Below are positions 10,901-25,079 of a DNA stretch of 64,000 nucleotides, one piece after another. The notes beneath the pieces were generated by a model. The model was given only the letters and a program-made list of their open reading frames with translations. It was not told the DNA's origin and made no database searches. How positions within the stretch are numbered: position 1 is the first letter of the stretch; every line of letters starts with the position of its first letter. The translations under genes were made by a program, and so were the position numbers. This DNA comes from Azolla caroliniana (Eukaryota > Plantae > Polypodiophyta): NCBI GenBank assembly GCA_043228905.1, contig JBHGNT010000013.1, forward strand, positions 1,054,001 to 1,118,000. Direction: 5' to 3'.

Positions 10901-13225
10901 AAGATGAAACTGATACCGGAACCGGCCCCGATCCCGAAATGGATTCGGATGAAGAGGAAACGGAGGAGCCGGTTACCGAAGCTCCGGAACGGAGATATCC
11001 TCTAAGAGAGAGAAGGGCCCCCCGGAGATTTCCGGAACCAGAGCACGTGCTGCTAACCGACGAGGGGGAGCCAGAGAGCTTTGAAGAAGCAAAGCATGAC
11101 ACCCAGAGCCGCAAGTGGTTGAGTGCCATGCAGGACGAGATGGATTCCCTGCATGAGAACCACACATATGAACTTGTGGAGTTGCCGAAAGGAAAGCGGG
11201 CACTTCGAAACAAGTGGGTGTTCAAGCTGAAACCGGGAGATGCCGGAAACCCCCCGAGATACAAAGCCAGGATCGTGGTGAAGGGGTTTCAGCAGAAGAA
11301 GGGCGTCGACTTCGACGAGATATTTGCCCCGGTAGTGAAGATGACCTCCATCCGGACGGTGCTGAGCATAGCGGCAAGCATGGACCTCGAGGTAGAACAG
11401 ATGGACGTGAAGACGGCATTCCTTCACGGTGACCTCGAAGAAGAGATCTACATGCAGCAACCGGAAGGATTCGAGAAGAAAGGGAAGGAGCACCTGGTAT
11501 GCCGGTTGAAGAAGAGCCTTTACGGTCTGAAGCAGGCTCCCCGGCAATGGTACCGGAAGTTCGACTCCTTCATGACAGACGAAGGGTACCACAAAACGCA
11601 GTCCGATCACTGCGTGTTTGTGAAGAAGTTCGAAGGAGGAGACTTTCTAATACTTCTCCTGTACGTGGAAGACATGTTGATCGTCGGACGGGACCAGGTC
11701 AAGATACGGATGCTGAAGAAGGCTCTTCACCGAACCTTCTCAATGAAGGACTTGGGTCCGGCGAGGCAAATACTAGGGATGCACATCATCCGGGACCGGA
11801 AGAAGAAGCAGTTGTGGCTGTCACAGGAGAAGTACGTGACAAAGGTGCTTCAACGGTTCAACATGTCGGAAGCAAGATCGGTCGGATCGACCCTCCCGGC
11901 AAACTGCAAGTTGTCCAGCAAGCAAAGCCCTAAGACAAAGGCTGAGAAGGAGGACATGATGAAAGTACCATATGCCTCTGCCGTCGGAAGCTTGATGTAC
12001 GCAATGGTGTGTACAAGACCGGACATAGGATATGCAGTCGGAGTGGTGAGCCGGTACATGAGCAATCCCGGCAAAGAGCACCGGAACGCGGTCAAGTGGA
12101 TACTCCGATACCTGAAGGGCACGGCAAACGTGTGCCTTCGATTCGGCTTCGGTAAGCCCGAACTCGACGGCTTTACCGATTCGGATATGTCGGCTGACGC
12201 AGATACCAGCCGGTCCACATCAGGGTATGTGATGACGTATGCAGGGGGAGCTGTTTCGTGGCAGTCGAGGCTGCAGAAGACGGTTGCGTTGTCAACCACG
12301 GAGGCGGAGTACATGGCGGCTGTTGAAGCCGGCAAGGAAATAATATGGATGAAGGACTTCATTAGAGAGCTTGGTATCCGGCAGGAGGAGTACCGACTCT
12401 ATTGCGACAGTCAGAGTGTCATCCACCTTGCGAAGAATGCGGCCTATCACTCCCGGACGAAGCACATCCAGCGAAGATATCACTGGATCCGGGAAAGGAT
12501 AGAAGACCAGGAGTTCGTGCTGACGAAGATTCACACGGACGAGAACGGGTCAGATATGCTGACCAAAGTGCTCACACCCGACAAGCTGGAAGCATGCCGG
12601 AAGAGGATCGGATTGGCGAGACATCCCATGCCGAAGTGAAGGGGGAGTTTGTTGGGATATCGGTCCCTCCGGATGGGATGTCCGGAGATGAATGACGGCA
12701 AGCCCGGTTACGGCTACGGAGCCGGATGATGAAGACCCCGGCTACGGAGCCGGATGACGAATGTACCCGGAGAGAGAGATCCGGATGCGGGGACATATTT
12801 GTGAATATGTTTGCCAAGGGCCCTTGAGGCTATATTTGTAAATAGCCCGAAAGTCATATGTGTATAAATATGACTTAGGGCAAACTGTTTGTTGTTGTTG
12901 CTCATTTTTATGTTTTCAGCCGAGAGAGCGAAGTGAGAGCAGCCGAGAGAGAGAGAGAGAGGAAGAGGACGACGCCTCTGTGTATTACCGCCGCCTGTGG
13001 CGAAGACAGTGAGCTCAAGGTTGTTGCCTTGTAGCTACACCTTTGTACATCTCTGTTCATAGTGATAGTTGGAGTTTGAGGACTCCCGTGGTTTTTCCCA
13101 TTTAGGGTTTTCCACGTAAAACACCCTGTGTACTCTTCTCTCTATTGTCTTCGTGCATTTTGTATTTTCCCGTTTTCTGTGATTTGATCCTATTCCTCGG
13201 TTCTGGCTGAGCACCGTGCGCAACA
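7928..13225 (+). mobile_element. Full-length, very young Ty1/copia element (Copia-C, Tork/TAR-like)
   Basis: LTRs 7928-8535 and 12650-13225 (TGTTG...CAACA); TSD CTACG at 7923-7927 and 13226-13230; PBS TGGTATCAGAGC 8539-8550; PPT GAAGGGGGAG before 12650. Confidence 0.97.
8566..12639 (+). pseudogene. Copia-C gag-pol polyprotein (capsid, CCHC knuckle, protease, integrase, RT, RNase H) with one in-frame stop
   Basis: ORFs 8566-9315 and 9463-12639 are in the same frame, separated by TGA at 9313-9315. Motifs: CFHCGKPGHFRKNC, WVVDSGAS, DNGGEY, QMDVKTAFLHG, TKHIQRRYHW. The RT catalytic motif reads YVED instead of YVDD. Confidence 0.93.
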
Positions 13226-15459
13226 CTACGCACATGTTCTAGATGTGAGGAGAAAGAAGTTGGATGTTAAAAGCAAGAAGTGTATCTTTCTCGGATATAG
13301 CGAAGAGTCAAAGGCCTATCGACTCTACGATCCAGAGGCAAGAAAGATATTGACAAGCCGCGATGTGGTGTTCGATGAGGAGAGACCACAGCTAGCTGAG
13401 AACAATGATTCTCAAGTTATCTCATCAACCGAAGAAGTATTCTTCCAAATCCCAAACCACGGTCCAGAAAAGGAAGTTGAACCATCTGATGGTAACAGCT
13501 CGCTAGTTCAGCCTATGCCAATGCCACATGTAAAGAAAATACCTAAGTGGGCTCAACAAATCTTCAATGACCGTACTCCTAAAGTTGAGTTTCCTGAAAC
13601 TTCAACTGATGGATTACGAAGATCAATAAGAATACAGAAGCAAGGGAGAACCTCTGACCACATTGTCAACATGGCTCTGATGGTGGACATCATAGGCTCA
13701 GTGAGTGAGCTGACCTCGGTGGAGGAAGCCATGGCCCACCCGAAGTGGAAAGAGGCGATGATATCAGAATACGATAGCATCATGAAAAATGACACGTGGG
13801 AGTTGGTAGAGAGGCCAACAAAGAGGAAGGTGATAGGCACCAAGTGGGTGTGGAAAGTAAAGTATAAAGCTTATGGTTCTTTGGAGAAATTTAAGGCCAA
13901 GCTAGAAGCGCAAGGATACTCCCAAATTGAAGGGTTCGATGTACAAGAAACATTTGCCCCGACAGCTCGCATGGCAACAATTCAAATGGTCATAGCGTTG
14001 GCTGCTTCAAGAGGATGGCCGATTTATCAAATGGATGTCAAATCGGCATTTCTGAATGAGCATCTCAAGGAGGAGGTATACGTGACACAACCACTAGAGT
14101 TTGAGATGCCAAATTCAGAAAACAAAGTCTGCAAGCTGAAGAAGGCGTTGTATGGTCTAAAGCAAGCACCGAGAGCTTGGAACAAGAGGATAGACAGCTT
14201 CTTGTAGTCAATTGACTTTAAGCAATGTGCTTTGGATGCAAGTATGTATGTCAAAATGAAGGACGGGAAACAAGTCATCATCATCATTTACGTGGATGAT
14301 CTAGTACTTACTGGTGACCATGAAGAGTGTATTGGCCAAACACAAGAGTGTTTGAAAACTGAGTTTTGAAATGACAGACTTGGGGATTTTACACTACTTC
14401 CTTGGAATTGAGGTTTGGCAAACCTTGCTTGGCATCTTCATGTCACAAAGAAAGTACGCAACAGAGATCTTGAAGACCTTTGGGATGATGGACAGAAAGT
14501 CTAAGTCGACTCCTATGGAGTCAAACTGCAAGCTATCCCAAGAAGACCTGTCACCAATGGTTGACATAAGGAAGTATAGACAGCTAGTAGGAAGTCTAAT
14601 TTTCCTATGCAACACTAGGCCAGATATTTGTTTTGTAGTCGATGTGGTGAGTCGATTCAGCAACAAGCCGAATGAGACTCATTGGAAAGTTGCACTACAT
14701 GTATTAAAGTACATTGTGGGTACTTTAAATTACGGAATCTTCTACAAGCCAATAATTGACGAACTTAGTGGAGATTGTGACTCCGATTGGGTTGGATATA
14801 GTGATTCTAGAAAATCAGTTTCTGGATATTGTTTTTCAATAGGCTCTAGAGCTATTTCATGGAGTAGTAAAAAACAACCAACAATGGCACTATCTTCAAC
14901 GGAGGCAGAATACAAAGCAGCATGCATAGCGGCATGCGAGGTAGTTTGGCTAAGAAGAATCCTTATGGATGTGGCGGTTCCAATAAGGACAGCAACGGTA
15001 TTGACGGGAACTGAACGTTCCTTATGCACAACGCTCGGCCACAACCGAGCTTAGAATGATACACAGAAATCGGGAAATGAAACACGAGACACAAAGGAGA
15101 GAAAAGGGTACACAGAATGTTTACGTGGAAAACCCAAAGAGGGAAAAACCACGGCAGCCCACAGGCTGCAAACTATCTCTATGTTGGGAATATACAACAG
15201 TGAGCTCACTGAGGCACCGACCTCATGCTCACAAATCTTCGCCACAAGCGGCGGTTACAACAGAGGCAACGACCTCTTTCTCTCTCTCTCTCAACTTGTA
15301 CACTGTTACACGCTATCGCTTCTTGCACCAACAAGAAAATGACAACAACTACTAAAAGTTTGCCCTAAGTCATATTTATACTAATATGACTTTTCGGCTA
15401 TTTACAAATATAGCCTCGATGGACTATCAAAAAACATATTTACGAATATGTCTCTTCAT

Positions 15460-15650
15460 CCGGTTCTCCGTAGCCGGGTACTCCTCATCCGGTCTTCACC
15501 GGGCCTGCATCATCCGGCTCTCCGTAGCCGGGTACTCCTCATCCGGTCTTCACCGGGTCTGCATCATCCGGCTCTCCGTAGCCGGGTACTCCTCATCCGG
15601 TCTTCACCGGGTCTGTATCATCCGGCTCTTCGTAGTCGGGTCCTCCTCAT
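15460..15650. repeat. 54-bp tandem repeat (about 3.5 copies) in the Copia-D LTR U3; also at about 20266-20460
   Basis: Unit CCGGCTCTCCGTAGCCGGGTACTCCTCATCCGGTCTTCACCGGGTCTGCATCAT; visible as an 18-aa repeat in spurious ORFs. Confidence 0.9.
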
Positions 15651-15732
15651 ACGGTCTCGGCCGAGTTTGTTCATCGGCACTGTTCTTCTCCCTTCCCATC
15701 CGGAGGGACCTGTCTCCCAACAAACTCCCCCT

Positions 15733-18700
15733 TCACTCCGGCATGGGGTGTCTTACCAGTCCGATCCTCTTCCGACATGCGTCCAGCTTGTCGGGTGTCA
15801 GCACTTTGGTCAGCATATCTGACCCGTTCTCGGCCGTGTGGATCTTCGTCAATGCAAACTCCTGGTCATCTACTCTTTCCCGGATCTAGTGATACCTCCG
15901 TTGGATATGCTTCGTCCGGGAATGGTAGGCCGCATTCTTAGCAAGGTGGATGGCACTTTGATTGTCGCAATAGAGTCGGTATTCATCTTGCCGGATACCG
16001 AGCTCTCCGATGAAGTCCTTCATCCATAATATTTCCTTGCCAACTTCCACAGCTGCCATGTACTCCGCCTCCGTGGTTGACAATGCAACCGTCTTCTGCA
16101 GCCTCGACTGCCATGAAACAGCTCCCCCTGCATATGTCATCACATACCCGGATGTAGACCGGCTGGTATCCACATCAGCCGACATGTCCGAATCGGTGAA
16201 ACCGTCCAGTTGAGGTTTTCCGGAGCCGAATCGGAGACACATATTTGAAGTGCCCTTCAAATACCAGAGTATCCATTTGACCGCGTTCCAGTGCTCCTTG
16301 CCAGGATTGCTCATGAACCGGCTCACCACTCCGACTGCGTATCCTATATCCGGTCGAGTACAAACCATTGCGTACATCAAGCTCCCGACGGCAGAGGCAT
16401 ATGGAATCTTCATCATATCCGTCTTCTCTGCTTTCGTCTTCGGGCTTTGCTTGCCGGATAGCCTGCAGTTTGCCGGAAGTGTCGATCCGACCGATTTCGC
16501 TTCTGACATGTTGAACCGGTGAAGCACCTTTGTCACATACTTCTCCTGTGACAGCCATAATTGCTTCGCTGACCGGTTCCGGATGATGTGCATCCCCAAC
16601 ATCTGTCTTGCCGGACCCAAGTCTTTCATTGAGAAGGTCCGGTTAAGGGCCTTCTTCAGCATCCGTATTTTGACTTGATCCCGTTCGACGATCAACATGT
16701 CATCCACGTACAGAAGGAGTATCAGGAAGTCGCCTCCTTCGAACTTCTTCACAAACACGCAGTGATCGGCCTGCGTCTTGTGGTACCCTTGATCGGTCAT
16801 GAAGGAGTCGAACTTCTGGTACCATTGTCGGGGAGCCTACTTCAGTCCGTAGAGACTCTTCTTCAACCGGCATATCAGGTGCTCCTTCCCTTTCTTCACG
16901 AATCCTTCCGGTTGCTGCATGTAGATCTCCTCTTCGAGGTCGCCATGAAGGAATGGCGTCTTCACGTCTAGCTGCTCTACCTCGAGGTCCATGCTTGCCG
17001 CTATACTCAGCACCGTCCGGATGGAGGTCATCTTTACTACCAGGGCAAATATCTCGTCGAAGTCCACGCCCTTCTTCTGCTGGAACCCCTTCACCACGAT
17101 CCTGGCTTTGTATCTCGGGGGGTTGTTGGCATCTCCCGGTTTCAACTTGTACACCCACTTGTTTCGGAGTGCCCGCTTTCCTTTCGGCAACTCCACCAAT
17201 TCATACGTATGGTTCTCATGCAGGGAATCCATCTCATCTTGCATGGCACTTAACCATTTTCGGTTGTGGGTGTCTTCCTTCGCTTCTTCGAAGCTTTCCG
17301 GCTCCCCCTCATCAGTCAGCAGGACATGCTCTGCATCCGGAAATCTCCAGGGCGCCCTTCTCTCTCTGAGAGGATATCTCCGTCTCTGGGCTTCGGTGAC
17401 CAGCTCATCCATCTGCTCTTCATCCGAATCCGATTCGGGGTCTTGGCCGGTTCCGGTTTCAGCTTCCTCTACTTCTTCTTCTACTGGTTCGGTATCCTCA
17501 CCGTATCCGGCATGTTCTTCGAGTGCTAACCGGTCTCTCGCCGGTTGGGTCTGCTCATCATAGAGTCGATCCTCACCAGTCGACTCGGAGTTCATTATCT
17601 TCTTCTCCGACTCCCAGTCGGCGAGCGTCTTGTTCTCCATGAAGATAATATCTCGACTCCGGAATACCTTCTTGTCGACCGGGTCCCACACTCGGTAGCC
17701 GAACTCATCGTCACCGTAATCGAGGAATATGCATGGTCGGGTCTTTGGATCTAACTTTCCTCTCCGGTCCTTTGCTACATGCACGTACGCGAGACACCCC
17801 AACACCTTCAGATGCCAGTAGGACACTTCCTTACCGGTCCATACTCTCTGTGGCGTGTCTCTGTCCAAGGGTACTGAGGGTGATCTGTTTATCACGTATG
17901 TCGTCGTCGACAGTGCCTCAGCCCAAAACTTCTTGGGTAGTTTTGCATGTGCTAGCATACTCCGGACCCTCTCCATTATGGTCTGGTTCATCCTCTCAGC
18001 CAGTCCGTTTAGTTCTAGCGTCTTCGGCACGGTAAATTCGAGCCGGATTCCCTTCGAGCGGCAGTACTCCTCAAACTGCCCCCGGTACTCTCCTCCGTTA
18101 TCTGCTCGAACCGCCTTCAGCTTCCGGCCGGTTTCTCTTTCCACTCTCACGTGGAGCTCTTTGAAGACGGATAACACCTGATCCTTCGTCTTCAACGGTG
18201 TGGCCCACAGCTTCCGGTTGTGGTCATCTATAAACGTCACGAAGTACTGCACTCCGGCATGTGACTTCGTGTCTACTTGACACACGTCCGTATGCACCAA
18301 CTCCAATGGTGCATTACGTCTCATCGGTGGCCTTGGTCGGAAGGAGGTCCGGTTCTGCTTACCGGCCAGACAATCAGTACACTTCTCCAAGTGCACGTTC
18401 TTCACTGGAATGAGGTTGTCTTCTGCAAGCCTCTTCATCCCCTTCTCGCTCATATGACACAGCCTCTTGTGCCATAGCTCACCGGCAGTGTCGGATGCCA
18501 CGTTCACTTCTTCCGGACATAACCGGGCATTCATCAGGTACAATGTGTTTACCTTCCGGGCCCGAGCCACAATCAAGCTCCCTTTGTTGAACTTCATGAC
18601 ACCGTTCCAGATGCTACCCGTGTAGCCCTCATCATCTAGCCGACCGGCTGATATCAGGTTCAGTCGAACCTCCGGAACGTGTCGTACATCCTTCAGCAGC

Positions 18701-19779
18701 AACTTGCATCCAGTTGGTGTCAACAACCACACATCTCCTATGCCGACAATTCGGCATGTACCTTCATTCCCCATCCGGACACAGCCGTGATCACCGGCTG
18801 AGTAGGATGAGAAGCATTTCCGGTCCGGGGTAAGGTGGAACGACGCTCCGGAGTCTACCACCCAGGTCATCTCGTCGTCGGCAAGGTTTATCTCACTCTC
18901 CTCGGTGATGAGCATAAACTCTTCTTCACTTGCCGCGATTGCCGTCGTTCCCTTCCGATCTGGCCCCCTTCGGTCTTTACCGTTCCGGTCTGGGGTCCGC
19001 TTCGAATCGGTACCGTCGGTCTCCTTATCTTTCCGGAAATGCCGACAATTCTTATGGAAGTGTCTCGGCTTGCCGCAATAGAAGCAAGTAGGCCTCCCCC
19101 TTGACTTTGATTGTGTCTCCGACTTCTCCCGGTTCTGGGGACTACGGTTTCTATGTCTTCCGCGTTCCGATTTGGTAAGGAGCGCCTTGGAGTCGGAGCT
19201 CGTATCTTTATCTTTCCGACGCGCCTCCTCATCTAGCAAGCTCGACTTTACTCTTGCTAGGGATAGCCGTTTTCCTTCCGGCCCGGCGTTGCCCAATGTG
19301 ACAACCAACGTCTCCCAGCTATCCGGGAGGGAACCGAGCAGGAGCAGCACTAGTACCTCATCCGCGAGAGGTACTTCCAATGAAGTTGCCTGGTGGATCA
19401 GCCCCTGGAAGGCATTCATGTGCTCCGCCATGCTGGAGCCATCTTGGTACCGAAGTCTTACTAGCTTCCGGAATACCGACACCTGATTGACAGCATTTTT
19501 GTTCTGAAACATTATGTTGATCTTCTCCCAGAGCTCATGAGCCTTGCTCTCTTCATTGAAGTTGTTGTATAGGTTCATGTCGATGAAGCACCGTATGTAC
19601 GCCGTTGTCTTCATGTGCATCACCTCCCATATTATGGCGTCGATCTTGTCCAGTCTCTTGTCCCCAAACTGAACCAGTAGCCAAAGATCTTTAACCACGA
19701 GCATGTCTCTCATCTTCGACTTCCACACTGAATAATTGGAGCCGGTGAGCTTGAACATGCCGCCAAACGATTTGTCCAT
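15733..19779 (-). pseudogene. Copia-D gag-pol polyprotein with two premature TAG stops
   Basis: Single frame from ATG (MDKSFGG) at 19779 to TGA at 15733. Stops at 16837-16839 (YGLK*APRQW) and 15886-15888 (RRYH*IRE). YVDD is intact. Confidence 0.92.
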
Positions 19780-21453
19780 TTTCTGTGTCGTTTCGCTCTG
19801 ATACCACTTGACGGGAACTGAACGTTCCTTATGCACAACGCTCGGCCACAACCGAGCTTAGAATGATACACAGAAATCGGGAAATGAAACACGAGACACA
19901 AAGGAGAGAAAAGGGTACACAGAATGTTTACGTGGAAAACCCAAAGAGGGAAAAACCACGGCAGCCCACAGGCTGCAAACTATCTCTATGTTGGGAATAT
20001 ACAACAGTGAGCTCACTGAGGCACCGACCTCGTGCTCACAAATCTTCGCCACAAGCGGCGGTTACAACAGAGGCAACGACCTCGTTCTCTCTCTCTCTCT
20101 CAACCTGTACACTGTTACACGCTCTCGCTGCTTGCACCAACAAGAAAATGACAACTACTAAAAGTTTGCCCTAAGTCATATTTATACTAATATGACTTTT
20201 CGGCTATTTACAAATATAGCCTCGATGGACTATCAGAAGACATATTTACGAATATGTCTCTTCATCCGGTTCTCCGTAGCCGGGTACTCCTCATTCGGTC
20301 TTCACCGGGTCTGCATCATCCGGCTCTCCGTAGCCGGGTACTCCTCATCCGGTCTTCACCGGGTCTGCATCATCCGGCTCTCCGTAGCCGGGTACTCCTC
20401 ATCCGGTCTTCACCGAGTCTGTATCATCCGGCTCTCCGTAGCCGGGTCCTCCTCATACGGTCTCGGCCGAGGCCTATCGGCCTCGGCCGAGTTTGTTCAT
20501 CGGCACTGTTCTTCTCCCTTCCCATCCGGAAGGACCTGTCTCCCAACAGGTATTGAGGTGTGACAATCATAGTTGCATGGCCATTGCCAAGAACCTCGTA
20601 TTTCATGCACGTACTAAACACATAGAGATTTAGTATCACTATGTGCGAGAGCTAATAAATTATGAGATTGTGGAGCTTGAGTACGGTCTAACATCAGAAA
20701 ATGTTGCGGATATCTTCACAAAGGCGCTTGGAGCAGAACAACTACAACAACACCTTCGACGACTAGGAGTTGGCCCAATTCCAAGTGAACTCAATGGGTT
20801 GACCATTGAGGGGGCGTGTTAGATATAATCAATGATCAGCCCCAAGTTGTAAATCTACCCCCATATGTGCTCTTTGAGTGTACATTTTGTGATAGCGCCG
20901 CAAATGAGGAGAGACTAGTGTGCAACTCGACCATATGGGTCAATAAGGTGTTAATCTAGGAAACCGTAGATGCGTAGGACACAATGGTTTTAGGAAAGAG
21001 CGAAATAGGTAATAGGATTGGCTAATCAAGTCAACTAGAATATTTTGTGGGCAAGTTACAATGTACTTAGTCTTGAAGTATGTGCCATTGACTTCAAGAT
21101 AAGTACTATCTAGCACTAGCTTATATCTAGGGAGTTGGGTCATATTAAATGACAAGTCAGTTGACAGAAAAGGAATATCTCCATTACTATTAACTGACAT
21201 GCACATTTAATGTTACACTCAGACCAAACTGAGAATATAATCCACTCTCTTACATTGTGGTGTATTGATCATCAGTCCCCACTAATTTTGTAGTGAGTTG
21301 GTCCAGATCCCATCTAAGCTCTAAGGTGTGAGCGCATGGGTGAACTACCATTGTGAGCTACTCTCATATGTAATAGAAGTTTTGTTTTCATATATCTATC
21401 TCTGTGGTTGTAACTCTATATACCTATCTAATCGATTCTCAATATTTCTAACA

Positions 21454-23100
21454 CAATATCCTGATCCATGAAACATAAGTCTGCTCCTAATCCAAGAGCG
21501 TAGATGCAAGAACTTGATGGCATCTTGATGTGTTGAGTTGAACTTGTGTCGTTAAAACTTCACTAACTTAGTTCGATGAAATGGAACCTAAGTTAGGAGC
21601 AAGTTCTATATGCTTTGGTTGGTCCAACCAAATGGCTCCAATTTTGGCTAGACTTACTCGTTTAACATGTCATCCAATTGATGTAGAACATCAAAGTTGT
21701 TGGACTAAGGGCATTGACAAGAGTTCTTGGTTTATTGACTTTGATTAGAGAACATGAATCAAATTTCTCTATGGTGTTTACTTGATTTAATTGTCTTTTT
21801 GGTTTATGTGGACATTGTATTGTTATATGTCTTGGACCACCACAATATAGGCAAAGTCGATTTGCTTGACGACATTGTTTCTCGGCTTCAGACAAAGGAC
21901 CTCGACAACGTTCCACATCAATCTCCATTGGAGTAAGTCCATTAAAAGAATTAGGATTGGGAACGTCATTGGTTCTAAAGCTAGTGAGGCTAATGCTGCA
22001 ACATATGTTTGCTTTGATCTAAGGCGTGTCAACATTTGTTGGTGCTCATAACCTCTTTCAAACAAACGATTGTCGCATCGAACTACGTGATTAATAACTT
22101 CTATCAATGATTTAGGTTCATCATGAAATGTTAGGAGCAAGCCTTTAACATCATTACGCAAACCATGCTGGAACAAGTCCATCAACGTTGCTTCATCCCA
22201 AGGGATATCATAAGCAAGAAGACGAAAATCTATTATGTAAGTTGAGGCCGATTGATCTCCTTGGTGCAATCTTCGTATCTTGTTTATTGTTGTTGGTGCA
22301 ATCTTCGTATCTTGGAATTCATTGATAAAGGTATCAAAGTTATCTAGTATTGGGGAATTATTCTTTAGCAATGGTGCAAACCATGCTAGTGTGGTTCCTG
22401 TCAATAATGTTCCAACTAACCCAACTCGAGTTGCGTCAGTTGGATATCGGTTGGGGTGCATATGAATTATAAGGCGTACTTGATTTAAGAATTCTCGAAA
22501 TTGAGACCTTATACCCTCAAACTTTGTTGGCAAACTAAATTTGGGTTCGTTGACTAAACTCTGAGAGGTTGAAGCTTGTTGTCGAAGAGATAACACAACA
22601 GCTTCAAGTTGTTGGACACGTTTCGAGAGTTCCTCATGTTGTTGTGCCTTTTCAACACTCATTTGCGACAAGTCACCAAGAAGTTTTTGATTCTCTTGTT
22701 TCAATGTGACAAATTTTGTTGTTACGAGGTCAAGTTCGGATAGAATACGCATATACTCTTGTTTCCATTATGTCAAGAAGATTTGGCTACATACTTGGGA
22801 AATATTTTTTTGAGTGGATTCTGGTTCAAACTTTCACGACCCAAGCTTTGAAGACGATGTCGATGTCCAAGAAAATACTACACAGATCTTCGACTTATAT
22901 AGTGTACATAGGATTGTGCATGATCGCCATTTGGCATACATGTGTACCACTTTGCGTACATGCATACATGCCATTTGTGATCATCTACGATGTCTAGTGC
23001 CCCATATTTCTTGAATAATAATAATAATATGAAAATATATTTGTTAGAGTGTAAGACTCTTGTTTAGAGGTTACACGTTCAAATATTGATATTGACACTT
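21454..23100 (-). mobile_element. Ty3/gypsy (Tcn1-like) 5' part: LTR, gag and start of protease
   Basis: gag ORF 21823-22752 (PKFSLPTKFEG..FLNQVRL..AWF..RRLHQG..DFRLLA); CCHC knuckle CLYCGGPRHITIQC; protease relic LLD*GADLCFMD at about 21460-21510; probable 5' LTR about 22832-23100. Confidence 0.85.
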
Positions 23101-25079
23101 GTGACACATATTGCATCGAATTGTGATTCTTTGGCTCTTAAATTGTTATGGGAAAAATATAATGCATAGTTCACAAGTTCTCTTAATTATGTCCCAAAAC
23201 CTAATCTCACATCGAAGTGGATGCGAGGTAAGTTAAGATGTATTGAAGATGTGGATGGCAGACAAAGAATGGGACCATGCATCAATGAATGTTGTCTCCC
23301 CATTAAGAGAAGAGGGTGCTTTTGTAGCTTGGTACAACATATGCTATACAAATTGTGAAATGTGACACGTTAGTGAAATCTATAGGTGCATCATGAATCA
23401 AATATGATGCATCCCATTTTCCAAACCACCGATTCATATCGAGCATCCATTTGGAACCCAACATTTTGTTTGTGTGTTTTTTGAATATTTTGACTTGCTT
23501 CCCATGTTGTCATGAGAAGTTCACATGATATTCTTTTTTGAACCTTAAGCATGTAATTGATAACCTCTCCCCTGAAGTTTGCATATTGACATTTGCCATC
23601 ATGCACACGGGATTGTGCAATATTTAGGTTTTTGTGTGTGTGGGGTGGGGGTGGGGAGGGGGTAGGGGGTAGGGGAGGATTTGAAGTAATTTTGAGCATG
23701 CCACTACTAGCAATGAGGACATTTGCATTGGTCCAAATATAGAGACAAGTGAAGGGGGCATGATAGGGATAATTATAAGGTTTAACGCCTTTTGTAGGGG
23801 TCTTTTTGTGCCATTTTAGAGTTTCTTCTTTGACATTAGGGTTTATGCTATAGAGTTTTTCTTTATTATTCTCTCCCTATCTCATTTTACATATTTGAGT
23901 TTAGCATTAAGGGCTCATTTGAAACCCGTCGCTAATATTCTCGTACATGTTTGTGATGATTATTGATTAATTGAAGTGTACTTAACTTGTTGGTATGCAT
24001 TCTTAGATGTTATGAATTATACGTCAATGCTTAAGCCCTAATTGAAGCATTAGTTAGCTATTTGTTAAGAAACCCAAGCGAGAGAGGAGAGGAAGAGGTT
24101 GTATGAGTCATGTTATATGAATGTTTATAGCTCTTGATTGGCCACATCTACTCATTTTGCCAACGAAAGGGTACACAACAATCCACCCCCAATGTAGCAT
24201 TTCGGCAAGGAGAGAGAATTCCAACCTAAACAAATGTGTGCACTCAATGTGTTGAATCTTGAGACACACACAATGGTGCAAGTGCTATTCTTTTTTTGTA
24301 GTAGAAAATTTTCCCCATATTGTGATCGTGCTTTACATTATCATAGGCTAAGGTTTGCACGCAGGAAATTCCCTCAGTAATCATGTAAACGAGCTTCATG
24401 TATTCATGAGAATCGACCTAAAGAGCCTCTAAAAGCAACCCCCTATTTTATTTGGTACGCATTGTGATACAATAAACCAAGACATTACAATAATATAGTG
24501 TCTATTTTCTCGGTCTATCATTCTTCGAGGTCCTAATTATTAACAAAGATTGAGTCCTACGTTACTCTAATCCTTAGACACACATAAGATAAAAAGTCAT
24601 GACTTTATGTTGTAGATAACTAGCCCCAAACGTAAAAATTTTGACAAAATATCATAACTCCATTGCATTGCAAACATTCATAGAATTCTTAAAGCTTTAT
24701 GAATCTTTACATTATCATATGTGCACATATACTTTCAAATAAATACATACATATCACCCATCCAAATGGGCTACATGGAAATTTTATGAATTTTCTCATT
24801 CAATTGAAGAGACACAATTCACAAGGGGACCAAGCACAAAGCCGAAAATAAATTCAAGTTCGACACCCAATTTTCTTCCTCTAATTGGGCCACTTGGATG
24901 ATTCAAGTAAATTGTGTGCATAAGACATGTTTGTAGAAGATGGAGACAACAAACACATGGGGACCAAGCACAACCCGAAAGAGATTTGAGTTCATAATTG
25001 CATGTATGTCCTTCCTCCAAATTGGGCCATATGGAGATTCAAAGTATTGGCTCTTTTTTTATTATTATAAAAGAGAGGC

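Larger units (their letters stand above)
15002..20548 (-). mobile_element. Full-length Ty1/copia element (Copia-D), sister of Copia-C
   Basis: LTRs 15002-15722 and 19809-20548; TSD GGTAT at 14997-15001 and 20549-20553; PBS (reverse complement GCTCTGATACCA) ending at 19806; PPT adjacent to 15722. Confidence 0.97.
5265..21453 (+). mobile_element. Ty1/copia element (Copia-B), pseudogenised, host of two nested copia insertions
   Basis: 5' LTR about 5265-5800 (first ~100 bp missing); PBS TGGTATTAGAGC 5801-5812. Fragments: gag 5906-6710, protease WILDSGAS, integrase 7615-7927, RT 13245-14207, RNase H resuming at 20549. PPT GAGGGGGCG precedes the 3' LTR at 20817-21453. The reading frame rejoins across both insertions. 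Confidence 0.93.

Noticed and set aside
15386-15889. ORFs with 18-aa repeats (also 20192-20563), or a CRISPR-like array
   Set aside because: These are translations of the 54-bp LTR tandem repeat. There are no unique spacers, and the context is eukaryotic.
23100-25050. Possible decayed transposase or gene fragments
   Set aside because: No motif I could identify with confidence; only a short GGGGACCAAGCACAA duplication near 24826 and 24959.
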